64,000 bases of DNA from Squalus acanthias. Its lineage: Eukaryota. Position numbers and translations under genes: made by a program. How positions within the stretch are numbered: position 1 is the first letter of the stretch; every line of letters starts with the position of its first letter. Below are positions 39,000-52,381 of this stretch, in pieces. Under the pieces are notes generated by a model. That model saw only the letters and a list, made by a program, of their open reading frames with translations, had not been told where the DNA came from and ran no database searches. The stretch is from the NCBI GenBank assembly GCA_030390025.1, contig CM059432.1, forward strand, positions 44,146,001 to 44,210,000, read 5' to 3'.

Positions 39000-39900
39000 A
39001 AAAGACGAGGGCGGGGGGTTTAGTCAGGTGCTAGGCAGGAATGCATTGGAAAGATGTCCACAGCTGCTGACACACTGACAGACGACACGCGCTACGTCAC
39101 TGCAGTACCTGTTGTTGTGGTTGGCAAGGCAACCGTTCCAGGTGACAGTCCCGTCGGTTATCCAGCTTATAACCCCCTCCTCTCAATGCAACTTCTCTGT
39201 GAGTATTTCATTGTGAAAAATACTTTTCCATAGTGCGTTTTACCCCATCTGTTAAATAACCCAGCTGTTTTCATTGGTGGGAAAACATTTCCTAAGCTGC
39301 GTTAATTTCTTTCTTGCGGCACTTTCCGTTTTTTAAAAAACTTTTTTTTCCCTCTCCCAGGAAAAGAAAGCCGATAGTTCCCACCCAGTCCAGATAAAAT
39401 CGGAGACCGCAGCCTTATTTTTTTTTTTTAATGATCTTCATTCCCTCTGCATTTCTTCAGCAGGTTTGTTTTTATAGATCCCAATCGGACGTTCCCTTCT
39501 TGGTGATCCCACTGCCCCAGGTGTTGTGCTGCGGGACGCCTCTATCCCCCCCGCTCACTTCTCAGCTCCCTCTCCGCGCAGGAAGAGCTCGAGACCAACG
39601 GAAGGGCACGTGCGGTCTGACGAAGGGTTGGGCAAGCAGCTCGAGCTCTGTTGCGAGCACTGCCGCACCTTACGGAGCCAGAGCGACTGTCGCGTGGGAG
39701 GCGCTCGAGCGAGGAGGGGATGGCGGAGGTGAAGGGCGTTGCTCAAAGTGGGTGAGTACGACCGTTCAATCTGACCAAAGTCAAAAGCTCGTCTATATAC
39801 GCCGCACGGGGAAAAAAAAAAACGACCACAGAAAGCGTAAACGGGGTCAATTACAATAGGACCGACCTGTAGCTGTCACGGTCATCTTACTCGATGCTAA
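39000..39900 (+). promoter_or_regulatory. CpG-rich promoter and 5' exons of the next + strand gene (identity not established)
   Basis: CpG enrichment, CRE-like ctacgtcac (about 39092) and X-box gttggcaaggcaac (39120-39133). Donor |gtgagt at 39199, acceptor ...ccgcgcag| at 39581, donor |gtgagt at 39752. Confidence 0.65.
39720..39751 (+). CDS. Possible first coding segment MAEVKGVAQS(G) in exon 39582-39751
   Basis: Strong Kozak context gggATGG upstream of a gtgagt donor. No downstream coding exon recognised. Confidence 0.25.
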
Positions 39901-40704
39901 ATAGCACACTCCCATCTGTTAGAAACAATTCGTTAGATTTTGGGGGTGGGCTAGAATTTAAATGTTTCACTTACCGTTTAGAATCAGAGGTGGGAATAGC
40001 TTTGTTTCAACCAATGGTTTGACTGGGTGGTCTTCCTGCTTACATGGTCTCCAGCAGCTCTGCGGTATCTCGCTCTAGTGTCCATTCTTCTTGCGTAAAC
40101 CGGGATAGAGTATCAATAGACTATTCAACTGTGAGGGCATCGCAACTAATTCTTGCGCCTCTAACAAGCCAATACATTTAAAAAAATTTAAAAAGCCAAT
40201 ATAACAGGAGTCACGGGGATGCAATCAGGAATGGGCAATCCCAAAGAGCAGAGGTATTTATGGTAGTTCTTGCTGAGGTCCAACTGACTGTGCAGAGATC
40301 AAACCTGAGAGCTTCTTGATGTGTATGGCTCAGTACTGCACTATGTGATATATTTAGTCTCTGAGCCATCAGGAGAGCTCTTTCACAGGATATGTTAATA
40401 AAGAGGAACTTATGGGGAAGGAAAGTTGTTCAAAGCATTCTCTGTTTTATAGGACATCATTTTACAGTAATTGCTTTGACTTTTTTAATTATTGCTGCCA
40501 TGGCGACTCCTGAATAGCTTGCAGAACAGCTTCATTGAAAAAAGCAAGAGCATAAATGGGCCTCAAATTGCTCCAGATTCACCCCACCCGGGAAGCTATG
40601 TTTCAGATGGAGAAATGCACAAGGATTGAAATTATGATTTCCTGGGTGGGGTAAGATGACTCCAGGGTATTGTAAAAAGGGGGAGTATTCAAATAACAAC
40701 AAAA

Positions 40705-40880
40705 ACAGCAACAACTTGCATTTATGTAGTACAGTTTAACGTCTCATCCGAAAGACGACGCCTCTGACAGTGCAGCACTCCCTCAGTAATGCACTTGAGT
40801 ATCAGCAGAGACTTGAACCCACAATCTTCTAACTCAGAGGCAAAAGTGCTACCCACTGAGCCACAGCTGACACACCATGT
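40705..40880 (-). mobile_element. Deu-domain SINE fragment
   Basis: Reverse complement of parts of 42350-42800. Confidence 0.7.
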
Positions 40881-41334
40881 TTGCAAATATTTGGACTCTA
40901 GGGGATCAAGGGATATGGGGATCAAGCGGGAAAGTGGAGTTGAGATCAAAGATCAGCCATGATCTTATTGAATGGTGGAGCAGGCTCGAGGGGCCGTTTG
41001 GCCTACTGCTGCTCCTAATTGATATGTTCATATGTTCTTTAAAGTAGGGAAACTTCACAAAGCGCTTCAGAGGCGTAATGGAAAAAATGATAGAGGCCAA
41101 ATCCAAAGAGAAGATATTAGGAAGGGTGAACAAAAACTTGGTTAAAGAGTGGGTTTTAAGGAGGCTATTAGAGGAGAAGAGGGAGGTGGTGTTGTATAGG
41201 GGTCTATGGAGGGAATTCCAGACTGTGGGGCCTAGGCAACTGAAGGCACAACTGCCAATGGTGGGTCAAAGTGAGGGGGAGAGCCAAAGAAGCCAGAATC
41301 AGAGCAGCGGAGAGTTCGGAAGCGGGTATCTAGG

Positions 41335-43760
41335 AAGATAGGAACAGAACTAGACCATTCAGCCTCTCGAGTGTGTTCCGTCTTTCAGTTAGCTTATGAC
41401 TGATCTGTACCTCAACTCCATTTACCTGCCTTTGCTCGTATCCCTTGATATCCTTATTTAACAAAAATCTATTGATCTCAGTCTTGAAAGTTTCAATTGA
41501 CCCAGCATCCACAGCCTTTTGGTGGAAGCTAGTTCTAGATTTCTACTACCCTTTGTGTGAAGAACTGCTTCCTGATTTCACTCCTGGATGGCCTGGCTCA
41601 TATTTTAAGATTATGACCCCTTGTTCTGGATTCCCTCATTAGAGGAAATAGCGTCTCTGTATCTACCCTATCAAATCCCTTTATCATTTTAAGCACCTCA
41701 ATTAGATCACTCCTCAACTTTCTAAACTCAAATTTATGCAACCAGTCCTCATAATTTAATTCTTTAAGCCCTGGTATGATTTTAGTGAATCTGCGCTGTG
41801 CCCCCTCCAAGGCCAATATATCTTTCCTGAAGTTCGGTGCCCAAAACTGAATGCAGTACTCCAGATGGGATCTGACCAAGACTTGTACAACTGAAGTATC
41901 ACTTTTGTATTCCAGTCCCCTTGAACATAAGAATTAGGAGCAGGAGTAGGCCATATTGCTCCGCCATTCAATAAGATCATGGCTGATCTTCGACCTCAAC
42001 TCCACGTTCCCGCCCGATCCCCATATCCCTTGATTCCCCTAGAGTCCAAAAATCTATCGATCTCAGCTGTAAATATACTCAGCAATTCAGCATCCACAGC
42101 TTTTTGGGGCACAGAATTCCAAAGATTCACAACCCTCTGAATGAAGAAATTCCTCCTCATCTCAATCTTAAATGGCCGACCCCTATACTGAGACTATGCC
42201 CCATGGTTCTAGACTCTTTAGCCAGGAGAGGCAACCTCTTAGTATCTACCCTGTCAATCCCTCTCTGAGCCTTGTATGTTTCAATGAGATCACCTCTCAT
42301 TCTTCTAAATTCCGAGAGTGTAGGCCCAATCTACTCAATCCTCTCATCCAGTGGCTCAGTTGGTAGCACCCTTGCCTGGTGAGTCAGAAGGTTGTGGGTT
42401 CAAGTCCCATGCCAGAGACTTGAGCACAATAAATCTAGGCTGACACTCCAATGCAGTACTGAGGGAGTGCTGCACTGTCAGAGGTGCCGTCTTTCAGATG
42501 AGACGTTAAACCGAGGCCCCGTCTGCTCTCTCAGGTGGACGTAAAAGCTCCCATGGCACTATTTGAAGAAGAGCAGGGGTGTTATCCCCGGTGTCCTGGC
42601 CAATATTTATCCCTCAACCAACATAACAAAAACAGATTATCTGGTCATTATTACATTGCTGTTTGTGGGATCTTGCTGTGCCACCTATCCTACATTGCAA
42701 CAGTTACTACACTTCAAAAAATACTTAATTGGCTGTAAAGTGCTTTGGAACGCCCGGTGGTCATGAAAGACACTATATAAATGCAAGCCTTTCTTATTTT
42801 AACCCTCTCATCCCAGGAATCAATCTAGTGAACCTTTGTTGCACCGCCTCTAAGGTAAGTATATCCTTCCTCAGATAAGGAGACCAAAACTGTGCACAGT
42901 ACTCCAGGTGTGGTCTCACCAAGGCCCTGTACAATTGTAGCAAGACTTCCTTACACTTGTACTCCAACCCCCTTGCAATAAAAGCCAACATGCCATTTGC
43001 CTTGCTAATTGCTTGCTGTACCTGCATGCTAACTCTGTTTCCTGTACGAGGACACCTAAATCTCTCTGAACACCAACATTTAACAGTTTCTCACCATTTA
43101 AAAAATATTCTGTTTTTCTATTCTTCATACCAAAGTGAATAACCTCACATTTCTCCACACTGTATTCCATCTTCCACCTTATTGCCCACTCACTTATCCT
43201 GTCTATATCCCTTTGCAGGCTCTTTGTGTCCTCCTTACAACTTACTTTCCTACCTAGCTTTGAGATAAACCCAACATTCCATTAGTCTTTTTTGATTACT
43301 TTTTGTACCTGTGCACTAGCTTTTAGTGATTTGTGCTTATTGGACATCCAAATTCCTTTGCTCCTCCATGTCTCCTAGTCTCATCATTATGAAAATATTC
43401 CAATTTGCTTTTCTTGGAAATCCAAACACTTCCCCACATTGAACTCCATCTGCCACAGTTTTGCCCACTCACTTAGTCTGCCTATGTCCCTTTGAAACTT
43501 CCTGCTCCCATCTACACAACTTACTATGCCTCCTAACTTAGTGTCATCTGCAAACTTGAATATACAACCCTCTATTCCTTCATCCAAGTCATTGATATAT
43601 GTGGTGAAAAGCTGAGTTCCCAGTACAGATTCTTGGGATCGCCACTTGTCATATCCCGCCAATCAGAGAACATTCCCTTCATCCCAATTTTGTTTCTCAC
43701 CTACCAACAAATAACATCCCATGTCACAAGGTTACCTCCTATTCTATGCACTTTTAATTT
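41335..43760 (-). mobile_element. Nested CR1 cluster: outer CR1 (41335-41924, 43261-43760) containing an inner CR1 (41925-43260)
   Basis: Outer ...ccagtccccttga resumes as tgagataaacccaacattcc. The inner element has its own tail and RT pieces. Confidence 0.8.
42350..42800 (+). mobile_element. Near-complete tRNA-headed Deu-domain SINE (SacSINE1/AmnSINE1-like)
   Basis: A box tggctcagttgg, B box ggttcaagtcc and Deu-type core gtgccgtctttcagatgagacgttaaaccgagg. L2-type tail. 13-bp TSD aatcctctcatcc / aaccctctcatcc. Confidence 0.85.
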
Positions 43761-43764
43761 TTTT

Positions 43765-45463
43765 ATTATTCATTCATGGGATGTGGGTGTCGCTGGCAAA
43801 GCCAGCATTTAATGCCCATCCCTAATTGCTCTTGAGAAGGTGGTGGTGAGCCGCCGCCTTGAACCGCTGCAGTCCGTGTGGTGAAGGAACTCCCACAGTG
43901 CTATTAAGGAGGGAGTTCCAGGATTTTGACCCAGCCACGGTGAAAGAACGGCGATATATTTCCAAGTCAGGATGGTGACTTGGAGAGGAACTTGGGATGT
44001 GATGGTGTTCCCATGCCAAGGAGCAGTGGTTAGACTCTGTCTTGTTGGAGATAGTCATTGCCTGGCACATGTGTGGTGAATTTTACTTGCCACTTATCAG
44101 CCCAAGCCTGAATGTCATCCAGGTCTTGCTGTATGCGAGCATGGACTGCTTCATTATCTGAGGAGTTGCGAATGGAACACTGTGCAATCATCAGTGAACC
44201 TCCCCACTTCTGACCGTATGATGGAGGGAAGGTCATTGATGGAGCAACTGAAGATGGTTGGGCCTAGGGCCCTGAGGAACTCTTGCAGTGATGTCCAGAG
44301 GCTGAGATGATTGACCTCCAACAACCACAACCTCCTTGATGCCACACTCGGTCAAATGCTGCCTTAATGTCAAGGGCAGTCACTCTCCCCTCACCTCAGG
44401 AATTCAGCTCTTTTCTCCATTTAAAAAAAGATGTTTATTTATGGGATGTGGGCGTCGCTGGCAAGGCCAGCATTTATTGCCCATCCCTAATTGCCCTTGA
44501 GAAGGTGGTGAGCCGCCTTCTTGAACCACTGCAGTCCGTGTGGTGAAGGTACTCCCACAGTGCTGTTAGGTAGGGAGTTCCAGGACTTTGACCCAGCCAT
44601 GATGAAAGAACGGTGATATATTTCCAAGTCAGGATGGTGTGTGACTTGGAGGGGAACTTGGAGGTGGTGGTGTTCCCATGCGCCTGCTGCCCTTGTCCTT
44701 CTAGGTGGAAGAGGTCGCGGGTTTGGGAGGTGCTGCCGAAGAAGCCTTGGCGAGTTGCTGCAGTGCAGCTTGTAGCTGGTACACATTGTAGCCACAGTAC
44801 GCCGGTGGTGGAGGGAGGTGAATGTTTAAGGTGGTGGATGGGGTGCCAATCAAGCGGCCTGCTTTGTCCTGGATGGTGTCGAGCTTCTTGAGTGTTGTTG
44901 GAGCTGCACTCATCCAGGCAAGTGGAGAGTATTCATCACACTCCTTACTTGTGCCTTGTAGATGGTGGAAAGGCTTTGGGGAGTCAGGAGGTGAGACACT
45001 CGCCGCCAGAATACCTTTTGTCTTTTGTCCATGTTTGGACCAAGGCTGTAATGTGGTCTGGAGCCGAGTGGTCCTGGCGCAACCTAAACTGAGCATTGGT
45101 GAGCAGGTTATTGGTGAGTAAGTGCCGCTTGATAGCACTATCGACGACACCTTCCATCACTTTGTTGATGATTCAGAGTAGACTGATGGGGTGGTAATTG
45201 GCCAGATTGGATTTGTCCTGCTTTTTGAGGTACAGAACATACCTGGGCAGTTTTCCACATTGTCAGGTAGAATCCAGTGCTGTAGCTGTACTGGAACAGC
45301 TTGGTAGAGGTGCGGCTAGTTCTGGAGCAGAAGTCTTCAGCATGACAGCCGGGATGTTGTCTGGGCCCATTGCCTTTGCTGTATCCATTGCACTCAACCG
45401 TTTCGTGATATCACGTGGAGTGAATCGAATTGGCTGAAGACTGGCATCTGTGATGGTGGGGAC
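43765..45463 (-). mobile_element. Two tandem copies of the poly(A)-tailed CR1/Jockey-group LINE
   Basis: KAMGPDNIP, LGPTIFS, LDTIQDKAGRLIG. Two 3' tails at about 43770 and 44435. Confidence 0.8.
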
Positions 45464-45604
45464 CAATGTTCCCTCTAATTAATTTTTGTACTGAGCAGGC
45501 CACAAACTCCTTTGAGCGCGACCTTTTTGTCTGTGGGCAACTTTTACAACAACAACCACTTAAAAGCATATATACAGTACTGCCATATTGCCACCCCACC
45601 ATCT

Positions 45605-46030
45605 CATATCACTAGTTACAACATTGCCAAGTTTTGTATCATCTGCAAACTTCAAAATTGTACTTCCTATAACCAAATCCAAGTCATTTATATATAACAA
45701 GTTAAGCAATGGTCCTAATACCGATCTCTGGGAGACCCCACTGTATACTTCTCTCCAGTCAGAAAAAAATCCATTCACCACTACTCTCTGCCTCCTATCC
45801 CTTAGCCAATTACGTACCCAAGTTACCCCCGTCCCTTTAATACCATGTGCTTCTATTTTCTGAATAAGTCTGTTATGTGGCACTTCATCAAATACCTTTT
45901 GAAAGTCCATATATACATTTACTATACTACACTACCTTCATCAACCCTGTCTGTTACTTCATCAACCAGGTTAGTCAGACACGATTTGCCTTTAACAAGT
46001 CCGTGCTGGCTGCCCCTTATTAATCCATCT
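45605..46030 (-). mobile_element. CR1 RT fragment
   Basis: MDFQKVFDEVPH...KFADDTKL. Confidence 0.85.
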
Positions 46031-46049
46031 GAACCACAGGAGCAGATTT

Positions 46050-46522
46050 AAGAACATAAGAAATAGGAGCAGGAGTAGGCCAATTGGCCCTTCGAGCCTG
46101 CTCCGCCATTCAATAAGATCATGGCTGATCTGATCCTCACCTCAAATCTAAAGAACACAAGAAGTAGGAGCAGGACCCGGCTACTCAGCCCCTGGGCCCG
46201 CTACGCCACCCACAGAGGCCTCGACCGATCCGAACTCAGCCTCTTGTCCAATTTCCTGCCCGCTCCCCGTAACCCCTAATTCCCTTTACTTCTAGGAAGC
46301 TGTCTATTTCTGTTTTAAATTTATTTAATGATGTAGCTTCCACAGCTTCCTGGGGCAGCAAATTCCACAGACCTACTACCCTCTGAGTGAAGAAGTTTCT
46401 CCTCATCTCAGTTTTGAAAGAGCAGCCCCTTATTCTAAGATTATGCCCCCTAGTTCTAGTTTCACCCATCCTTGGGAACATCCTTACCGCATCCACCCGA
46501 TCAAGCCCCTTCACAATCTTAA
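46050..46522 (-). mobile_element. CR1 3' end (same long-UTR subfamily as 1775-3820)
   Basis: ORF 46236-46514 is nearly identical to the end of 2015-2749. Confidence 0.9.
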
Positions 46523-47099
46523 ATTTAATTAAATTAAATTTAACGTCTCATCCCAAAAACAAATAGACTGGATATTGTTGATGGCAGGAAAACACTTGTT
46601 CTGTTCAGTTTTATTATTACACCAGATATTAGCAATAACTTTGTTTCCAACATTTGTTGGGAGATGGTGAGAAACTAAAGCTGGAGTTAACGTGCACTCA
46701 CTGCAAACCTAAACCCGTATGAGACTCATGCCTTTAGTACCCTCAATTATCTCTTGGGTTATACCACCACTTTTTCATTGACGTGCACCCAAAACCAGTT
46801 TCCATGGGAGCAAAAGCGCTTCTAGAACTGCGGCCTAATTTAAGATTAAAAAGGTGCTTCCCTCCTCCTCCCACCTCAGCATTGTTCAGCTTTAATCAGA
46901 CACACATTCACGTCAACATTTCCAGTTCAGGACCGTCTTCTTGTGTTACACATCCATAAGTTCACCTTTGTCTGCATTATGCTGCATGAATTGAAACATA
47001 AAACATTAAAAAAATGTTTTGCCTGAAGAGGTTCACCAAGATACTCACTGTCTAGAGATCGGGCTAATTAAAAAAAAAGTTAACCTAAAAATAAATACA

Positions 47100-47650
47100 T
47101 TCCAACTCACCCCCGGTACCCGAGATACCCCCTCATCCCCAGGGTCTGGAGCGGCCTGGGCTGGGCCCAGTAGGTGCGGGGGTCCCGAGCGGAGCTACGC
47201 TAATGTGGAGTGTGGTTGACAGGAAATGAGCTGACACTGAGCCTGTTGCCGGGCCTGCTCCTTACTGTGCTGGGCTGCTCAGGCTCCTGCAGGCCATCAG
47301 CCGGGCTGCTCCCCTCACCACATGGTCCCATGGTAACCGAACCTCCAGCTGCTGCCTTCCGGACTCTCTACTCCCACTGGAACTCACCAGGCATCATTTC
47401 CGGGAAGGGAACTGCAATGGTGTCAACCACCCGATGGAAAAGGCCCCACAGCCATCTTTGTGCGGGTCGTTAGAGCCGTTTTTGCTGTCCAGAGTGCGAG
47501 TGCCACCATATTTAGGCAGGGCGGGGGGTCCTGCTCTTTGTTCATGGTTGCATCTATTTGCAACACCAGATTTCTGATTGAACCCCTTGGAGGTCAAGAC
47601 CAGATTTCTGATTGGTCCCCTTGAAGGACAAGATACACCCAGTTTGTCTG
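47100..47650 (-). promoter_or_regulatory. Antisense promoter-like module with candidate first exon
   Basis: GC-rich, with two ETS cores (ccggaa), X-box gtcccatggtaac (about 47325-47337) and a duplicated 34-bp unit with CCAAT-like boxes. - strand donor gtgagt at 47105-47110. Confidence 0.4.
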
Positions 47651-48819
47651 GAATGTGTAATTTGATCCTGCCTGCTGTAGACAACCCTGCAAAGTGTAAT
47701 TTCATCCAGTCTTGCCAAACTACAGAAAGTGGAAGTATCATTCACGTGCTGTGTGTGTGAGAACAATAATTATCCTCCAATCCAAACAGATGAGATTTGT
47801 CTTTAAAACGGACCAATCTCTGGATAAACTCCCTTTTCAGCTCATTCGCACATCATCTGATCAACAGGCAGCCATGGTGTGTGGTTGAGTGCATTGAAAC
47901 ACATGCTTTGTAAACAGGAGACCCGGGACGCCCCTTCCAGAACTGAGAGTTGTGTCTACTTAAAGTGAAACATGAAATATAAAGAGTCTGTAATTTTGGT
48001 GGATGGAAAAAGTTAGTTTCCCAAAGGCATTAAACTAGCTCAGGATTCCCTGTCCCAAGTTATGATATTTTTTTCTGTGAAGGGTAGATGAGGTGTGTGT
48101 TTTTGATAAACTGCCATTTAGTGACTTCAGTTTGGTTATAAATCCCACAGGAAATGGGGGTCAATGGGAAGCCCTTTAACTTTATTTCTCACTCACTCCC
48201 CTTCTCACTCGATCCTTGGCATGCGCACCTGACGGATAAGCCGATACTGAACATTTTATTTGGAAAGGCGCCAGTGAAGCCACATCCAGCGGATGAGCTT
48301 TGAACCCCTGAAAGCCTTTTTGGCGGGGCAGAATATTTGCGCAATGTGGCTCCACGCCCTATGAACAAGGACTCCACATCGGTGCCGGGCCTGAACCAGA
48401 ACCCCATCGCTGAGCTGGTTAAAATCCCCTACTCAGAGCTCAGGTTGGGGTTAGGCCTTGCCAACGTGTCCAAAAGCCGGTGAACAGGCCGTGGCCCAAG
48501 GTTTCCTCCCTCCTTCAAGGCCGAGACAGTGACTCAACCGGTGGCTCTCTGGTTCTGCACTTTCCCAACAAGCAGGCCGCCCCCCCCAGTTCGTTGTGTG
48601 GCCTGTGAATTTAAGTGGGTGGGACCTGACAGATCAGTGCGCAGCCGTACACCTTACAGGGAATATAGTCCTCAGTGTGAAGACGGGACTGCGTCTTCAC
48701 AAGGACTGTGCGGCGGTTACTGCTACTAATCTTTGGTGCAGAACCTTATCAAATGCCTTCTGGAAGTCCATATAGACAACATCCACTGATAGTCCCCTAT
48801 ACACCATGCCAGTGACCTC

Positions 48820-50990
48820 TAGAGGAGGATACATAGACTAGGGAGGAATGATGGCATGAATTGATTTAAATGCAAGGATGAGAATTGGAAGCTTTGGAGC
48901 CATAGTAGGTTCATGAGAACTTGTGTGTTGGCCAAGTTGGATTTGATGCAGGATAGAATATAAACAGTAGAATTTTTGGATGTGCTGAAGTTTAGAGTGT
49001 GGAAGATGTGAGGCCCGCCAGGTGAGTATTGAAATAGTTAATTTTGGAGGCGACAAAGGCATGGTTGAGGGATACAGCAGCAGATGGGCTGAAGTGGGAG
49101 ATAGAGTCATTAGCAAGCGTATGGATTGTGGCCGGGGCGCGGTGGGGGGTGGAGTGGGGCATGAGGATGATGGGTTTGGTCTTTCCGATGTTTAACGGGA
49201 GGAAATTACAGCTTATCCAAGACTGGATGTTGGACAAGGAGCCTGATGACACAGAGCCAGAGAAGAGGTTGAGAGAGGTGGTGGAGAGATAGCTATTGCT
49301 ACCATAGGATCGGTATGAATGGAACCATGAAAGGGCAGTTCCATTCAGCTGGATAACAAAGGAGAAACATTGGAGGAGGGTGGTGTCAAAGGCTGAGGAA
49401 GGATGATGCACCATGGTTACGGTCACAGAGAATGTTGTTTATGACTTTGTTTAGGGCTGCTGTGGCAGGGACTGAAGCATTATTGGAAAGATTTAAACAT
49501 ATTTGCAGGAGAGATGGGCATGAATTGGGAGTTGACAATGCATTTTTAGGGACTTTGGAGAGGAAAGTGAGGTTGGGGATGGTGAGATAGTTTGCAAGGA
49601 TGGAATGATTGAGGGTGGGTCTTTTGAAGAAAGGGGTGATTATGGTAGTTTTGAAAGGGAGAGGGTACCAATTTCAGCTAGCATCAGGGCCTTGAAGGGA
49701 AGTTAAGGGTTAACAATTCAGTGGGAATGAGGTCACAGAAGCAGAACCATATGAGCTCAGAGAGGGCCCAGGGGAAGATGGTAGAGAAACTAGAGAGAGA
49801 GAGACAAGGGTTCAGAGCTAGGGTGGGGGGTGGGGATTTGACTTGGTGGGCAAGGTGGGAAGCAGCTGAATAGATGGTCCCTGTCTTGGTGACAAAGAAG
49901 TCCACAAGCTTCTCGTACTAGATGTTGGAAGTGATGGTGGAGGGGGTAGGGAAGAAGGGTTTAAGGCAGCAGTTGGTAGTGGGGGAAAAAATGTAGGAGT
50001 TATCTTTGCTTACCAGGGTAATCCTAGCGTAGTGGACAGTTTTGGCAGGGACGAAAGAGGCCCAGTAGAGCTTGATGCGGTCTAGTCAAATCTGGTGATG
50101 GATGGCTAAACTAGTTATGTGCAAGATACCTGCAAGCATATGCCCCTTGTTCTTAAGGGAGTGAAGATGTTCTTAAGGGAGTGAAGATGAGGGAAATATC
50201 AGGTGGGGTGGGGGTGGAAATGACCAGGTTGGGAACCCATGAAGGTTTTGCTGGGGACAAGGGCATCAGAGGTGATGGTAAGGGAGTGGTGGAGCAAATC
50301 AGTATCTGTAGATATACCAAAAAAGTGCAATTGTAAGTGACTTGGTGGACAGTTTTCCTTTAAGGTTTGCCCATAAGAAAGTGGGATACGGGAAAGTTGG
50401 GAATCCTGCTCATAAGGAGGCAGTGGTGAGTTCCTCAGTGGGTTCTCGGAGAATGCCAAGAGAGGCACAGAGGGAAGCCGTGAGTTAACTGAAGGGGGAC
50501 AGTGGTAGGAGAGTAGGAAGACAGGAGTTGTGGGGAATGTCAGGGGTTGGGGGTAAAGAAGTACCTGAGAGGGGAGAAATGATTGAGTGACAGAAGTAAT
50601 AGGCTCAAGTCTGGAGCTGCAGCCAAAATGTGTGCACAAATTGGAGAGTGTAGGAATTTGGCTTGCATGACAGAGATTAGGAGAGACATAACCTGATTGT
50701 AAATCAAAGACAGAGAGGAGACAATATGAAACAGTCCAAAGTTGAAATCTGAGGCCCTGTGGTGGGATGAAGTTCACTTGTAGACAATGTGGAGTCAGCT
50801 TGGAGCACCCATGAACCAACATTCAAATTTAGAGTCAGTTATGGAAAGGAGCTGTTTGAAGGGCAGAATATCAGTGGTGGTGGGGGAAGTGGAGCGGGGG
50901 GTTGTTGCTGGTGGCGATTATGCAGTGGAATCAGAGGGCCAGTGAGGAGTGGAGAGTCAGCATGAGCAAATAGAGATTGATCGTTAGGCC
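48820..50990 (-). mobile_element. Old L2 LINE
   Basis: SAFDT, LSWFHSY, LSNIQSWISCNFLPLNIGKT remnants. Confidence 0.75.
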
Positions 50991-52028
50991 CAACAAATGT
51001 GCATAGTGGCGTTGGGTGTTAGTACATACCAGTATAGAATCATAGAGCGGCTTCATTGTTTAAAATTGGAACAACTTTAGAGCAGGCTCATTTCCGATTA
51101 GCATTGTGAGCAATATATGCAGCATACCCAGACAATAGTATGTTTTTTCAGAGTTAGGTAGTTCCAATCAGCTCCCAGGCCTGGATGAAGCCCAATTACA
51201 ATTAATGGAGATGCTTCAGGATTCCTATCCAAGAGTGAAATCACCCAAGCTACTTGGCTGTGCCGAGATCCAACGTGGTGGGTCTACATTGAAGTAGAAA
51301 TTGATCTGATTTTGTAAGCTAAGGACTATTTTTCTGTATATGATAGATTACTTGTGATGTTTTTGGTGAAACAAAATATATGCTATTTTATATCAATAGG
51401 GTTTTAAAAAGTGTGATGGGCTAAGTGTAACAGTGAGTAAGCGAGAGACTTAGAGGAAGTGCACACTATGCACAAATCCAATGGGGTTAAACCTGCAGGA
51501 GTTTTCTCAATTACTCACTGTAACTTTGATGGAAGATCCGTAGAAACTTTGGAGACAGTGGGGGAGTACTTTGAAGGAAAGTACTCCTTTTAACTTTTCA
51601 GCTTCCTTGAAATGTATTTAGAGTTATATGGAAAGGTACAAAATACTTTGGTTTTTTTCCCTCCATGTATTCAAACTATCAAAGGCTTTTACTTTTTACC
51701 TTCAGGATCAGTACACAACTTTCTATTTCTTCATCTATTTTTAAACTTATGGACCAAGAGTTTCCGCTTTGGGTGCATCAGTGATTCGGATGCAAATTAC
51801 ACTCAAAATTGCACTGGCTTTCAGAAGTGTTTTTTTTGCTCAAGTTTCCGCTCAAACTCATTTGTATTGCTGAATGTAAAATCTGTCATGAACCAGGCAG
51901 TGTTTTAGAAAGTAATTTTTTTTTAAAATTGCATTAAAAAATATTCCTTGATATATTAAGAGTGGTAACCTGGTGCAGCTTTATTAATACAGCTAAAAAT
52001 GGTTTATCACAAAATAGTGGTGAGCGGT

Positions 52029-52381
52029 TACATAGAAACATAGAATCTAGGAGCAGGAGTAGGCCATTCGGCCCGTCGAGCCTGCAACACCATTCAATAC
52101 GATCATGGCTGATCATTCAAATCCAGTACCCTGTCCCTGCTTTAATCCCCACAGTACACATATCCCACCCGACCCCCGTAACCCCACGTATTTAATTCCC
52201 CCTAACATATCCCATCCTATCCCCATAACCCCACATATTTAATCCCCCCCTAACACTAAGGGTCAATTTATCATAGCCAAATCAACCTAACCCGCACATT
52301 TTTGGACAGTGGGAGGAAACCGGAGCACCCGGAGGAAACCCACGCAGACACGGGGAGAATGTGCAAACTCCACACAGACAC
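52029..52381 (-). mobile_element. V-domain SINE (HE1-like) with CR1-derived 3' tail, 5'-truncated
   Basis: - strand V-domain gtgtggagtttgcacattctccccgtgtctgcgtgggtttcctccggg. The tail matches CR1 3' ends in the window. Confidence 0.8.

Noticed and set aside
50148..50189. 20-bp tandem duplication
   Set aside because: Two-copy slippage inside an old L2. No array structure.
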